In this document: positions 12,001 to 31,470 of the stretch, one piece after another | Layout of the letters: each line of letters begins with the position of its first letter | Numbering within the stretch: position 1 is the stretch's first letter | DNA from: Macrostomum lignano | Taxonomy: Eukaryota | Direction of reading: 5' to 3' | DNA: 33,997 bases | Assembly: GCA_002269645.1 (NCBI GenBank) | Contig: NIVC01004830.1 | Location: 1 to 33,997 of the forward strand | Position numbers and translations under genes: made by a program | The notes under the pieces: model-generated | What the model saw: the letters and a program-made list of their open reading frames with translations, nothing else | What the model was told of the DNA's origin: nothing | The model's database searches: none

Positions 12001-15000
12001 CGCCTGCACGAGCTGAACATGCAGGCCGTGATCCGGGACATCATCTTCTATGTGGTTTTCCTGGTGTTCCTGATGCTGTGCGCCTACACCAACCAGGACT
12101 ACAGGACCTACCTGCAGAACAGCATGGTAAGCGGCAGCATTGCCAAGGGTTCCTATGTGGTCAACAACACTCCGGAGGCTAGGGCCACTGCTCCGCCGAT
12201 GTTTGACGATATCGACCAGTTCAAGTCGGCCTTCGAATTCATCAACGGCGTCGTCATACCGACATTGTACCCGGTGGCTTGCTACGATGGCACCCAGTGC
12301 TCGCTGATTCAAGGTAGCAACTGGACTCAAGACCCGAGCTACCTGCTCGTCCGTCAAGCTCAGCTCCGTCAGCTTCGCATCGCCCCGAAACAGCGCTGCA
12401 CAGTTAGCAAGTATTTCGTCGATATTATCTCCACCTGTCGTGACGAATACTCTCTGTTTAGCGAGGAGGACAGAGACTTCGGGCCGGGCTGGGTGGCGTA
12501 CAACGCCTCGGCGCCGAGTCACGTATCCAATCCGGGCTGGCAGTTCACCGGAGCAGCGTCGGTCTACGGAACGCCGTACAGCGGGCAGCTGGGCACCTAC
12601 GGTGGCGGAGGCTACATCGCCACCCTCGGCCGCACCAGGGCGTCGGCTCTGGCCAAGGTGAACCACCTTTTTGAGAACAGCTGGATGGATCATCGAACTC
12701 GCGCTGTGTTCATCGAATTCCTGATCTACAATGCCAACACTAATCTGTACTCGTTCGCCACCTTCCTGTTGGAGTTCTTCAACGGCGGAGGCGTTATCCG
12801 CGAGCCGAAGGTGTCGACGCTGAGGCTGGATCGCTACGTCGGCGTCAACGCTGTCTTCTTCATCGCCCTGGACGCGATCGCTGGAATTTTCATTCTGATC
12901 TTCATGGTTCGAGAAATTAAAGAGCTGCACAAGAAAAAGTGCGCCTATTTCAAGGACTTCTTTAACGTGCTAGACTTCTCGCTGATCATTGCCTGCATCA
13001 TCTCGATGGCGCTGTACATCACCAGGATCGTGGTGCAGAAGCTGGTCAGCTGGTACATGCGCAAGTACCCGGATAGGTTCATCAACTTTGCCTGGCTGGT
13101 GATGTGGGATGAGCTCAACCAGTTCTTCTTGGGCACTGTGGTGTTCATCTTCACCGTGCGATTCCTTCGCCTGCTGTACTTCAACAAGAAGATCCGCATG
13201 CTCGGCCAGGTGCTGAAGTACTCAGCTGGGCCACTTGGCTACTTTGGCATCATCTTTTTCATCTGCTTCTTCTCCTTCGTGCAAGCTGGCTATCTGATGT
13301 TCTTCACCGTGGTGCGCTCATTCAAGACGCCGATTAGCACGATTGAGACTCTCGGAGTGATGACGCTGAGTAAGTCTTTGTTGTATTACTTACCCGATCC
13401 TACATTTAAAACCGAGTCTTTGTACATTAGTGCTAGGTTAATAGCTTAAAGCTTCTTGCTTTTAATAATTAGAAGTCTAGAAGTGGTTTTGTGGGTAAGA
13501 GTTTCATAGATCGCTATTGGCTGAGCCGAGGAGTGAGGTGGGTAGGAGTTTCAGAGATCGCTATTGGCTGAGCCGAGGAGTGAGGTGGGTAGGAGTTTCA
13601 GAGATCGCTATTGGCTGAGCCGAGGAGTGAGGTGGGTAGGAGTTTCAGAGATCGCTATTGGCTGAGCCGAGGAGTGAGGTGGGTAGGAGTTTCAGAGATC
13701 GCTATTGGCTGAGCCGAGGAGTGAGGTGGGTAGGAGTTTCAGAGATCGCTATTGGCTGAGCCGAGGAGTGAGGTGGGTAGGAGTTTCAGAGATCGCTATT
13801 GGCTGAGCCGAGGAGTGAGGTGCTACAAGTTCTGGCTAGAGAATAAAGACTAAAAATACTTCAAGCACACGAATTCCATGAACTCCAAATTTGCATTCGC
13901 AGACAAATTCGACTTCACCAGCTTCTCAGTCGGCGCCGGCAAAATGGGAATGATATTCTTCTTCATCTACATGCTGTTCGTGTCATTCATCCTGGTGAAC
14001 TTCTTCTTAACTATTATTCTGATCTCGTTCAAGCACGTGAAAGATTCGTGGACCGAGGAAACCAACCAGTACGAGATTGTGGAGTATGTGGCTGGCAAGT
14101 TTAAGAAGCTGTTTGGCATTGGAAAGGCCGGGGACGCCCAGTCCAGAATTGACTCGCGATTCGCCTACATTGCCGGTGAGTTCAGAATGAGATCCGCTCA
14201 CCTAAGTATGACCTAAGTATACCTTCGTCTACTTAAGCTTACATATTGCATTTCATTTTGTTTAATTTTTGTTTGCTCCCGTTTTCTCTAAACTATAAAT
14301 TAACATGATCACCGTTGACCTTCTATGTCTGTGTAACATATGACTCAACATGATCACCGTTGACCTTCTATGTCTGTGTAACATATGACTCAACATGATC
14401 ACTGGTGACCTTCAATGTCTGCGTAACATATGACCCAACATGGTCACCGTTGACCTTCTATGTCTGCGTAACATATGACTCAACATGATCACCGTTGACC
14501 TTCAATGTCTGTGTAACATATGACTCAACATGATCACCTTTGACCTTCAATGTCTGTGTAACATATGACTCAACATGATCACCTTTGACCTTCAATGTCT
14601 GTGTAACATATGACTCAACATGATCACCTTTGACCTTCAATGTCTGTGTAACATATGACTCAACATGATCACCTTTGACCTTCAATGTCTGTGTAACATA
14701 TGACTCAACATGATCACCTTTGACCTTCAATGTCTGTGTAACATATGACTCAACATGATCACCTTTGACCTTCAATATCTGTGTAACATATGACTCAACA
14801 TGATCACCTTTGACCTTCAATGTCTGTGTAACATATGACTACGTGACGTGACTTCAAACTGACGTCCCATACGTAACACTCAACTCCGCTAAATTAACCT
14901 CATTTAACCTCTGAATTCACCAAACAGACGAACTGGACATCGAAGAGCAGGAACGCGAAATTCAACTCAAAGTGGACAGCATGATGGACCGCCTGCTGCT

Positions 15001-15136
15001 GGTGATGACTGGCGAGCCGCCGGACAAAGACCACATCAAGCAGGAGCTCCAGCGAAGCGGCGAGAGCGGCGGCGACGCCAACGGTGGGAGAGCCGGCCGC
15101 GGCGGCCGACAGCTGGTGTTGAGCGGCGATGCCTAA
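1..15136 (+). CDS. PKD1-like: Polycystin-1 family (PKD1/PKD1L/REJ-like) 11-TM receptor; 5'-partial, multi-exon, ~3,140 aa in window
   Basis: Phase-consistent GT-AG exons: <1-15, 115-285, 1028-1286, 1581-1607, 1661-1793, 1885-4511, 5343-5626, 5734-5751, 6202-6537, 6676-7515, 7797-8103, 8701-8875, 8994-9382, 9561-9825, 9913-10515, 10643-11020, 11242-13369, 13903-14175, 14928-15136 (TAA). Motifs read: YEWNFGDGS (PKD repeat), SCAASTDPD, CVSNC and LLPAG (REJ), TQCFTRHL/TSF (GPS), PLAT, TOP motif WMDHRTRAVFIEF, 11 hydrophobic segments. Needs 8-9 frameshift corrections in 1057-3075. Confidence 0.93.
358..965. repeat. Intronic purine-rich ~21-bp minisatellite (GACAGAGGGA[C/T]AGACTGGAA)
   Basis: Direct tandem repetition, with a degenerate GGGAGACAGAT variant at the 5' end. 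Confidence 0.9.
1028..1793 (+). CDS. F5/8 type C (discoidin)-like domain exons of the polycystin gene (frameshifted as assembled)
   Basis: Frame-corrected translation across three exons: CSNNILTDPAF-ANVSS...GWLATSAADYVQVSFMSRIDLITVSIRGHSSSPRW...IQYSTYGDSWSDV|EGKPLIRLK|NVTANSDQNTLNYIELSPVLTGRYFRF...FRMTLKGC. This follows the FA58C pattern (W..., QV.L, IQYS.DG..W, RY.R, L.GC). Confidence 0.7.
1885..4511 (+). CDS. Large exon: PKD-like repeats and start of the REJ module
   Basis: VNATNLVSS, SINFGDGS, YPVPGVFNVTLNLSNEVS, YEWNFGDGS...HTYSKPGTYNVAVTAYN; then CYPP, LKWSV, LTLSCAASTDPD, CEWYC. Acceptor ttcag at 1884, donor gtgagt at 4512. Uninterrupted ORF from 3076. Confidence 0.85.
5343..7515 (+). 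CDS. REJ-domain exons (5343-5626, 5734-5751, 6202-6537, 6676-7515)
   Basis: CVSNC, YSYRWW, INPSIGEALHTRFDIDC, LLPAG...IKAYDTIYS are typical REJ motifs; all junction phases match. Confidence 0.85.
7797..9972 (+). CDS. GAIN/GPS region exons (7797-8103, 8701-8875, 8994-9382, 9561-9825, start of 9913-10515)
   Basis: HVYMRVGQAPTDQAFDY, IYIGVR, GCRFYNETSNSMESTGVR|LGQC...TQCFTRHLTSF. The HL/T cleavage motif is at 9958-9966. Confidence 0.85.
9973..11020 (+). CDS. TM1, PLAT/LH2 domain, TM2-3 (exons 9913-10515, 10643-11020)
   Basis: YELTFWTG...AGTTANVSLILSG...RGATDSFL...LG.L..MRLWHDNAGSSPNWY...WFAIDEDDG|VDR; HLWFSVVTRPARSKFTRCQR...CL are polycystin-1 signatures. Confidence 0.93.
11242..13369 (+). CDS. 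TM4-6, TOP domain and channel-like TMs (largest 3' exon)
   Basis: Uninterrupted ORF 11263-13449: LPWW, WL.SM...LLQSIVLVQPIK, LRQLRI, YGGGGY, WMDHRTRAVFIEF..YN.NTNL, YFKDFFN.LDF. Acceptor cacag at 11241, donor gtaagt at 13370. Confidence 0.93.
13499..13822. repeat. Intronic 47-bp minisatellite, ~7 copies
   Basis: Unit GAGTTTCAGAGATCGCTATTGGCTGAGCCGAGGAGTGAGGTGGGTAG, near-perfect copies. Confidence 0.95.
13903..15136 (+). CDS. Last two exons: pore loop/S6 (13903-14175) and cytoplasmic coiled-coil tail (14928-15136)
   Basis: KFDF...IFFFIYMLFVSFILVNFFLTII; DELDIEEQEREIQLKVDSMMDRLLLV...LSGDA*. The second exon is absent from the ORF track but is in phase with the donor at 14176. Confidence 0.85.
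14302..14840. repeat. Intronic 45-bp minisatellite, ~12 copies
   Basis: Unit AACATGATCACCTTTGACCTTCAATGTCTGTGTAACATATGACTC; explains spurious ORF 14458-14820. Confidence 0.95.
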
Positions 15137-15833
15137 CTATTTAAGTGAAGTTTTTGCTGAACAATTCACAACCGAACCAAAACAAAAACATTTCAAATAA
15201 CACTTAGAGGTCAGATTTCACCTGTTTGGCAAAATACAATGCGGGCCAACCCTAAGGCACATGTCTGAGGACATAGCGGAATGGGCAAGACTGTTTGAAA
15301 ACTCGGGTCGACTTTGATTTTGGCAGCGCAACAAAGCCACTGAAATAACTTCAAATTAAGGTCAGGTCAAGGTCAGGTGATATTAGACCTTGGAATTTTT
15401 TTAAATGTGTTTTTCCTACACTCATATTCATATAAATCTGGTCAAAAATTGAACAAACAAAAATTACGCTCGTAGATTCCTCCCTTGCAAATGTCAGCTT
15501 TACCTTTCTGGAATATTCTTTCTGAACTGCAAATCTTTGTAAGCTGTTATTGATACATTAACATAATCTTAAAAACCAACTTAAGCGCCTAAAACTCTGT
15601 GTTTTTTTACTGAAAATGAAAATTTAATATTTTCTTATTACACTTTTCTCTCGTTGCTACTCAGCCTTAAAAATATTCTTATTGAAGCGAATATGAGTCT
15701 ATTTTTAATCTCATAAGAAATTATTCTCAAATAAAATATTTCGTTCTGCAACTGTGCTTCTGAAAGCTTCTCTGGCATCGCAAATCATTGATGAATTTGT
15801 TGCAATATTTCAGATTTTTTCTTCACAATGAAA

Positions 15834-16083
<250 letters not shown>

Positions 16084-17119
16084 TGGTCCAGTGAAGTGTA
16101 CATGGCTAACGATAAATAAAGTGAGGGCTGCTGAGCACTCCTGTGTGAGTGTGTGCCTGTGCGTATGACTGCGTACATATCCGCACGCTTGTGTGCCTCG
16201 CTCAGGGGAGTCGGCGGAATGGGCAGCAATGCCTTTCGCCGGTTGTGTGACAATGCCGCTTAAAGTGCACCAGGGTGCGCACAGCCCCCCCCTCCCCCTA
16301 ATAAAAAGCGTCACTTAGTGCAAACACAGATTACCCAGGAGGAAGGTATAGATCGTAAAAAGGGGAAAGGGATGATGATATATGGCTGGGGCCCATAACC
16401 CCACAGGAGGCTAAGCTGTGTCCGCTGCATTCCTTTTGTAAGTGCCATCAGACTAGCATAGCTACACAGGAAAATACCTGTGACGCTCATGACAAAGAAG
16501 AAGCGCTTTGATACACAATGCTGGTGCAAAATTTTTGCCTACGCTCGTATTGGCATACACGAAAATGGAAAAAATATGAAAAATTACTGAGAGATGGAGT
16601 AGACGTAACTTAGAAGGTAGAGTGGAGAGATTGAGAGGGTGAGTAAAGAGACTCATAGGTAGAGTGAGAAGGCTGAAAGTTAGAACAGGAAGAGTAAAAG
16701 GTAAATGGGAGATTATCAGCAGGTTAATTCAGAGGATTGAAACATCGACTAAGCCTAGAAACTAAAGAGCTAGACTGAGAGCTCCAGTGGAGAGACAGAT
16801 GCAAAATGTCCAACGAAAGAGAATGCAATCAAGGCTGTCTTGTGCAATAAAAACGCAAACAAACAGACAGACAGACCAATGTTATTCCCGGGCCATCAAC
16901 TCTTAACTGATTAGACAGAAGTGACAGCCGAACAGTTCAAGAAATGAGGACCGGAATGGGGATTAAGAAAAAAAGCAATTTGCCCTTTCTCAGAGCCTCG
17001 GGCTTCATCCCGCTAAGAGCTGAAATCCTCAAATTCCAAGAAAATCCCCTATTCGATTCGACAAGTGGGACAGAGATGAACTCGAAGGGGTGAACTGGGT
17101 TGTAAAGTTTCCAAAGTTC

Positions 17120-17617
17120 AAGTGAGTGACGCAGGCGCCAAAGTGAGTGATACAGAGGGCGCCAAAGTGAGTGATACAAGCGCCAAAGTGAGTGATACAG
17201 AGGGCGCCAAAGTGAGTGATACAAGCGCCAAATTGAGTGATACAGAGGGCGCCAAAGTGAGTGATACAAGCGCCAAATTGAGTGATACAGAGGGCGCCAA
17301 AGTGAGTGATACAGAGGGCGCCAAAGTGAGTGATACAGAGGGCGCCAAAGTGAGTGATACAGAGGGCGCCAAAGTGAGTGATACAGAGGGCGCCAAAGTG
17401 AGTGATACAAGCGCCAAATTGAGTGATACAGAGGGTGCCAAAGTGAGTGATACAGAGGGCGCCAAAGTGAGTGATACAGAGGGCGCCAAAGTGAGTGATA
17501 CAGGCGCCAAAGTGAGTGATACAGAGGGCGCCAAAGTGAGTGATACAGAGGGCGCCAAAGTGAGTGATACAGGCGCCAAAGTGAGTGATACAGAGGGCGC
17601 CAAAGTGAGTGATACAG
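17120..17617. repeat. 24/21-bp minisatellite (GCGCCAAAGTGAGTGATACAGAGG), ~21 copies
   Basis: Direct tandem repetition with two length variants. Confidence 0.95.
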
Positions 17618-17654
17618 CATTTCCGCGCCAGACACTTGGCTCTAAAACTCCGTG

Positions 17655-17689
17655 ATTGGTGGGTGCACGACTGCAGCAAGAGGTCCAAT
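17655..17689. promoter_or_regulatory. Candidate promoter with two CCAAT boxes upstream of the SARA-like gene
   Basis: ATTGG at 17655-17659 and CCAAT at 17685-17689, 30 bp apart, ~200 bp before ATG 17890. Motif match only. Confidence 0.3.
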
Positions 17690-17889
17690 AGTAAATGTGT
17701 CGCCTTTAGCAACAGAAGAAGATAAATTATAAAATCTGCAGCAGTCTTCTTCAACCTCGACACGGGACTGAAAAGCAAAAAAACGTAGAATTTACAGTTT
17801 TGGAAATTTGCTTGAGGAGAGAAGACAGCCGGAAAGCGACGGAGTAAGCGAGATACTGCCGAGTCAAACCGAACTAAAAGTACACAAGC

Positions 17890-27202
<9,313 letters not shown>

Positions 27203-27540
27203 TGCGCAAACAAACGACTGCTACTAGGCCAGTTTTACGAAAAATATCGTCGTTGTTTTTGTTGTTAAACGGGGGTGGGAAGCCGGGGCTACCCGCGGAT
27301 CAGCCCTGGGAGGGGCTCTGCCGCTGAGGGGCACTTCCAGGGGCATAAAGCCCGAGATACCCCGAGGTTGGACCCTGACGTCTGGGCCAGGTGGAGCTAC
27401 AAACCCAAGCCTTATGGACTAAGACACCGCCAACCCAATATTAGTGGAATCAGGGACGGTACAAGGACCGAGTCCACCCAGGCCACCACCCAGCAGACAA
27501 ATCCCGGGAGTGCTCGAAAAAAGAATCGGAATGAAAAATG

Positions 27541-27745
27541 TTTGGGTTACTACTGAAAGCGGTCCGAGAGCAGGGAATATCCTGAAGTCTACGGAAATGG
27601 CTTACAGTAATATTGGAGTGAGTCTGGAAGGCTTGTATCCGAGGGCGAGTCTCCTATCAAGAGGTAAAAGTAGACAAAAACCCTCCTATAGGGCTGCAAG
27701 CCACAAGGGCATCGCCAATCCAACTCAATATTGGGGGCCAGGCCA
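27541..27745 (+). mobile_element. Possible decayed non-LTR retrotransposon reverse-transcriptase fragment
   Basis: One frame reads FGLLLKAVREQGIS*SLRKWLTVILE*VWKACIRGRVSYQEVKVDKNPPIGLQATRASPIQLNI, loosely like the LINE RT segment LL..L...GI....WI..FL......V..GVPQG..LSPLLFNI. It has two stops and no YADD. It lies in a GC-richer island (27266-28090). Confidence 0.25.
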
Positions 27746-28231
27746 AGGGGGCGGAGAGGGGCACAAGGGGCAAGAGGAAACCGGACTCAGCCGGTTTTCC
27801 CCGATTCGGGACGAACAACCAACCCAGGACTCCAATCCACTGTCAGAGATGAGAGCCAAGACACCGGGGAGAGGAGGGAGACAACCAGAGGAGCCAGCAG
27901 ATGGACCAAGGCAGGCAAGATGGACCGGGCAGGTAGGGCAGAGCTCATAACTCTAAGATAGGAATGGCAATCTAATGGCCGGGTAAACACAAAGGGATAA
28001 AAACACTGGGATGCCAGCCCAGATAAAAACACAAAGAAATGGCAGAAAGGAGGAGCACCTGAACCCTAACCTGGGGCCTGAACCCTAAAAATATCGTTAA
28101 ATCATTTTTCAATGAATGCAATGAACTAAAAACAAAAAAAGCTATGATTTGCTACGCATGCTACTGCTAAGCGTTCGCTGCCGAATGATCCTAAGTTATC
28201 TTAGGGTTATAAATCAATTGAGATTGAATTG

Positions 28232-29310
28232 GTGTGGGATCACAAGGGGAGATGGGACCAGTGTGGGATCACAGCAGGAGATAGAATCAGTGTAGGATCA
28301 TAACAGGAGATGGGATCAGTGTGGGATCACAACAGGAGATGGGATCAGTGTGGGATCACAACAGGAGATGGGATCAGTGTGGGATCATAACAGGAGATGG
28401 GATCAGTGTGGGATCATAACAGGAGATGGGATCAGTGTGGGATCATAACAAGATGGGATCAGTGTGGGATCACAACAGGAGATGGGATCAGTGTGGGATC
28501 ACAACAAGATTGTATCAGTGTGGGATCACAACAGGAGATGGGATCAGTGTGGGATCACAACAGGAGATGGGATCAGTGTGGGATCATAACAGGAGATGGG
28601 ATCAGTGTGGGATCACAACAAGATTGTATCAGTGTGGGATCACAACAGGAGATGGGATCAGTGTGGGATCACAACAGGAGATGGGATCAGTGTGGGATCA
28701 TAACAGGAGATGGGATCAGTGTGGGATCATAACAGGAGATGGGATCAGTGTGGGATCATAACAGGAGATGGGATCAGTGTGGGATCACAACAAGATTGGA
28801 TCCGTGTGGGATCACAACAAGATGGGATCAGTGTGGGATCATAACAGGAGATGGGATCAGTGTGGGATCATAACAGGAGATGGGACCCGTGTGGGATCAT
28901 AACAGGAGATGGGATCAGTGTGGGATCACAAGGGGAGATGGGACCAGTGTGGGATCACAAGGGGAGAGGATCAGTGTGGGATCACAAGGGGAGAGGATCA
29001 GTGTGGGATCACAAGGGGAGAGGATCAGTGTGGGATCACAAGGGGAGAGGATCAGTGTGGGATCACAAGGGGAGAGGATCAGTGTGGGATCACAAGGGGA
29101 GAGGATCAGTGTGGGATCACAAGGGGAGAGGATCAGTGTGGGATCACAAGGGGAGAGGATCAGTGTGGGATCACAAGGGGAGAGGATCAGTGTGGGATCA
29201 CAAGGGGAGAGGATCAGTGTGGGATCACAAGGGGAGAGGATCAGTGTGGGATCACAAGGGGAGAGGATCAGTGTGGGATCACAAGGGGAGAGGATCAGTG
29301 TGGGATCATA
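28232..29310. repeat. Compound 29/26/27-bp minisatellite (GGGATCAGTGTGGGATCACAACAGGAGAT changing to GGATCAGTGTGGGATCACAAGGGGAGA)
   Basis: Direct repetition; the unit switches near 28930. Confidence 0.94.
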
Positions 29311-30126
29311 TTATCACTCTATTTTGTTACAAATTTTACGGCTCGTAAATTTTCAATGAAACAAATTGTTGTACAAAATACAAACTATTTTCCTGAATTC
29401 TACTTTGGTCAGTAGTATAATTAAGATTTTTTAAAGAATTTTTAAATTACCGTAAATTTTGTGTGAAATCAAAACAGAATTCGATCATTTGTATCGTAAA
29501 AATTGCCATAAATTATCAAGTTAGCTTCAAGCGTTATTTTGCGCACAAATGTTCCGCAAATCAATGTGTACTTTTATTGCTGAACATTTCCTAGAACTTA
29601 TAAGCTGATGGGTCCAGTCAAAGGTTTATACTTCGAAGTATGCAGTTCTTCAGAGGTTGCTGGTACAGGCCAAGAGGCCCCAATTCACCTGAAATTTATG
29701 GCTGTCATAAAATCTGATTACCTTAACCTAGTACAACCGAGGCCAACAGGTACGTTGGGTAACGAGCGCAGGGAAGTCATAGAAGCAGATTAGTCAAAGT
29801 GATTCGATTCCAAAAAATATGAATCATTTCTGCCGCGACTGCAGATAAGAAAAGATTTACTTGCCCCAGTAGTGTGCCCGGATCGAGTTCTTGTCCGGGA
29901 ACTTTCGGGGTTAGGGTTAATAACCCTTTTGTGTGGCATAAAACTATAAAATAGATCATATGGGAGACTCCGGCCACTTCAGCTGGTACTAGAAAAATTG
30001 TGATTTTTATGACGATAACAATGTTTAGCATTTTTTAAATAAACCGAATAAATACCTGAGTGGATTTTGTAGGGCATCTAGCTCTGTAAGCTTATTTAAT
30101 CGATTCATAGGAATTCTTGGGCAAAA

Positions 30127-30423
30127 GGGGGTTGTAGCCCAGTGGTCAGAGCATCGGACTCACGACTTGAAGGCCGGGAGTTCGATTCTTAATCCACTCG
30201 GAACAATTTTTGTCCCTAAGCAAGACACTTAACTCTGCATTGCTTCAGTTCACCCAGCTGTAAAATGGGTGCCAGCATTAGCTGGTGTAATTGAGGCTGT
30301 GTGTGGCGACCCCCCCCGTCCTTGGACTGAACAGCCGTACGCAGTCTTCAGATGCGCCGCGCAATAGCTGCGGCTGAGCGCGGTGTGGTTGCACATCTGG
30401 CCTTTAGGGCAGGTGTGATAAAG
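30127..30423 (+). mobile_element. tRNA-derived SINE of the CORE-SINE (MIR-like) superfamily
   Basis: tRNA-like head GGGGTTGTAGCCCAGTGGTCAGAGCATCGGACTC with A box TAGCCCAGTGG and B box GTTCGATTC. It is followed at 30212-30269 by CCCTAAGCAAGACACTTAACTCTGCATTGCTTCAGTTCACCCAGCTGTAAAATGGG, resembling the CORE consensus CCTTGGGCAAGTCACTTAACCTCTCTG.GCCTCAGTTTCCTCATCTGTAAAATGGG. The 3' end is approximate. Confidence 0.8.
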
Positions 30424-30589
30424 AATTGAGAGGTGAGATTTTTAAAGTTGAGATTCTCATACGTTAGACTCCTAATGATGAGACTTAGAGGAGTAAGATT
30501 CTCGGTGAGATTCTCAGGGTGAAATTCTCAGGTGTGAGATTCTCAGGGTAAGATTCTCAGGGGTGAGATTCTAGCTGATGGGTGAGATT

Positions 30590-31075
30590 CTCAAGGACCG
30601 GATATTCTAATGGGTGAGATTCTCAAGGACCGGATATTCTAGTAGGTGAGATTCTCAAGGACCGGGTATTCTAATGGGTGAGATTCTCAAGGACCGGATA
30701 TTCTAATGGGTGAGATTCTCAAGGACCGGGTATTCTAATGGGTCAGATTCTCAAGGACCGGGTATTCTAATGGGTCAGATTCTCAAGGACCGGGTATTCT
30801 AATGGGTCAGATTCTCAAGGACCGGGTATTCTAATGGGTCAGATTCTCAAGGACCGGGTATTCTAATGGGTCAGATTCTCAAGGACCGGGTATTCTAATG
30901 GGTGAGATTCTCAAGGACCGGGTATTCTAATGGGTCAGATTCTCAAGGACCGGGTATTCTAATGGGTCAGATTCTCAAGGACCGGGTATTCTAATGGGTC
31001 AGATTCTCAAGGACCGGGTATTCTAATGGGTCAGATTCTCAAGGACAGGATATTCTAATGGGTGAAATTTTCAGG
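30590..31075. repeat. 32-bp minisatellite (TTCTCAAGGACCGGGTATTCTAATGGGTCAGA), ~15 copies
   Basis: Direct repetition, preceded by degenerate GAGATTCTCA units from ~30430. Confidence 0.93.
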
Positions 31076-31470
31076 TGTGTGATTGTCAAAAGGACGAGAT
31101 TTCTACCATAAGAGTTTTCAATTAGTAAATATTTTAAGGACAAATATAAAAAAATCTGAAGGCTGCAATAGCCTCAGTGTGCTCAGCGCAGTGCTCAAAT
31201 CCCCATATCAAACAATAGAACTCCTAACAGATTAAAGAGCTCATTAGGTGTCCAATAAATTATTAACTCAAGAACCCACGCAGCCGTGAAGGTGTTCCAC
31301 TGAGAGCTTCAATTGTCGCCTCTCCACAAAAAATCCTAAGCCTGCGTTAGCAACCGCGGGTTGCTATGGGGAAAATTTAGAGTTTGGAAAATTAACAATT
31401 TAAACACTGGCTATGAAGAACTGCTTGATGGTAAACTCAAGGTTGCCGAGAGTTGTCTGCTGGGTTCAAC

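Noticed and set aside
11671-12930. 419-aa antisense ORF and other minus-strand ORFs over polycystin exons (4237-4662, 10083-10463, 10661-10918)
   Set aside because: Shadow ORFs expected from the GC3-rich codon bias of the sense gene; no independent motifs.
15359-15381. Cluster of AGGTCA nuclear-receptor half-sites after the polycystin stop
   Set aside because: A short micro-duplication with overlapping half-sites and no canonical spacing; no other support.
29820-29850. MNHFCRDCR, a zinc-finger-like snippet
   Set aside because: Immediately followed by stops, with no splice context or further ligands.
30127-30200. tRNA gene
   Set aside because: A and B boxes are present, but I cannot fold a 3' acceptor stem, and the sequence runs directly into a CORE domain, so it is a SINE head.
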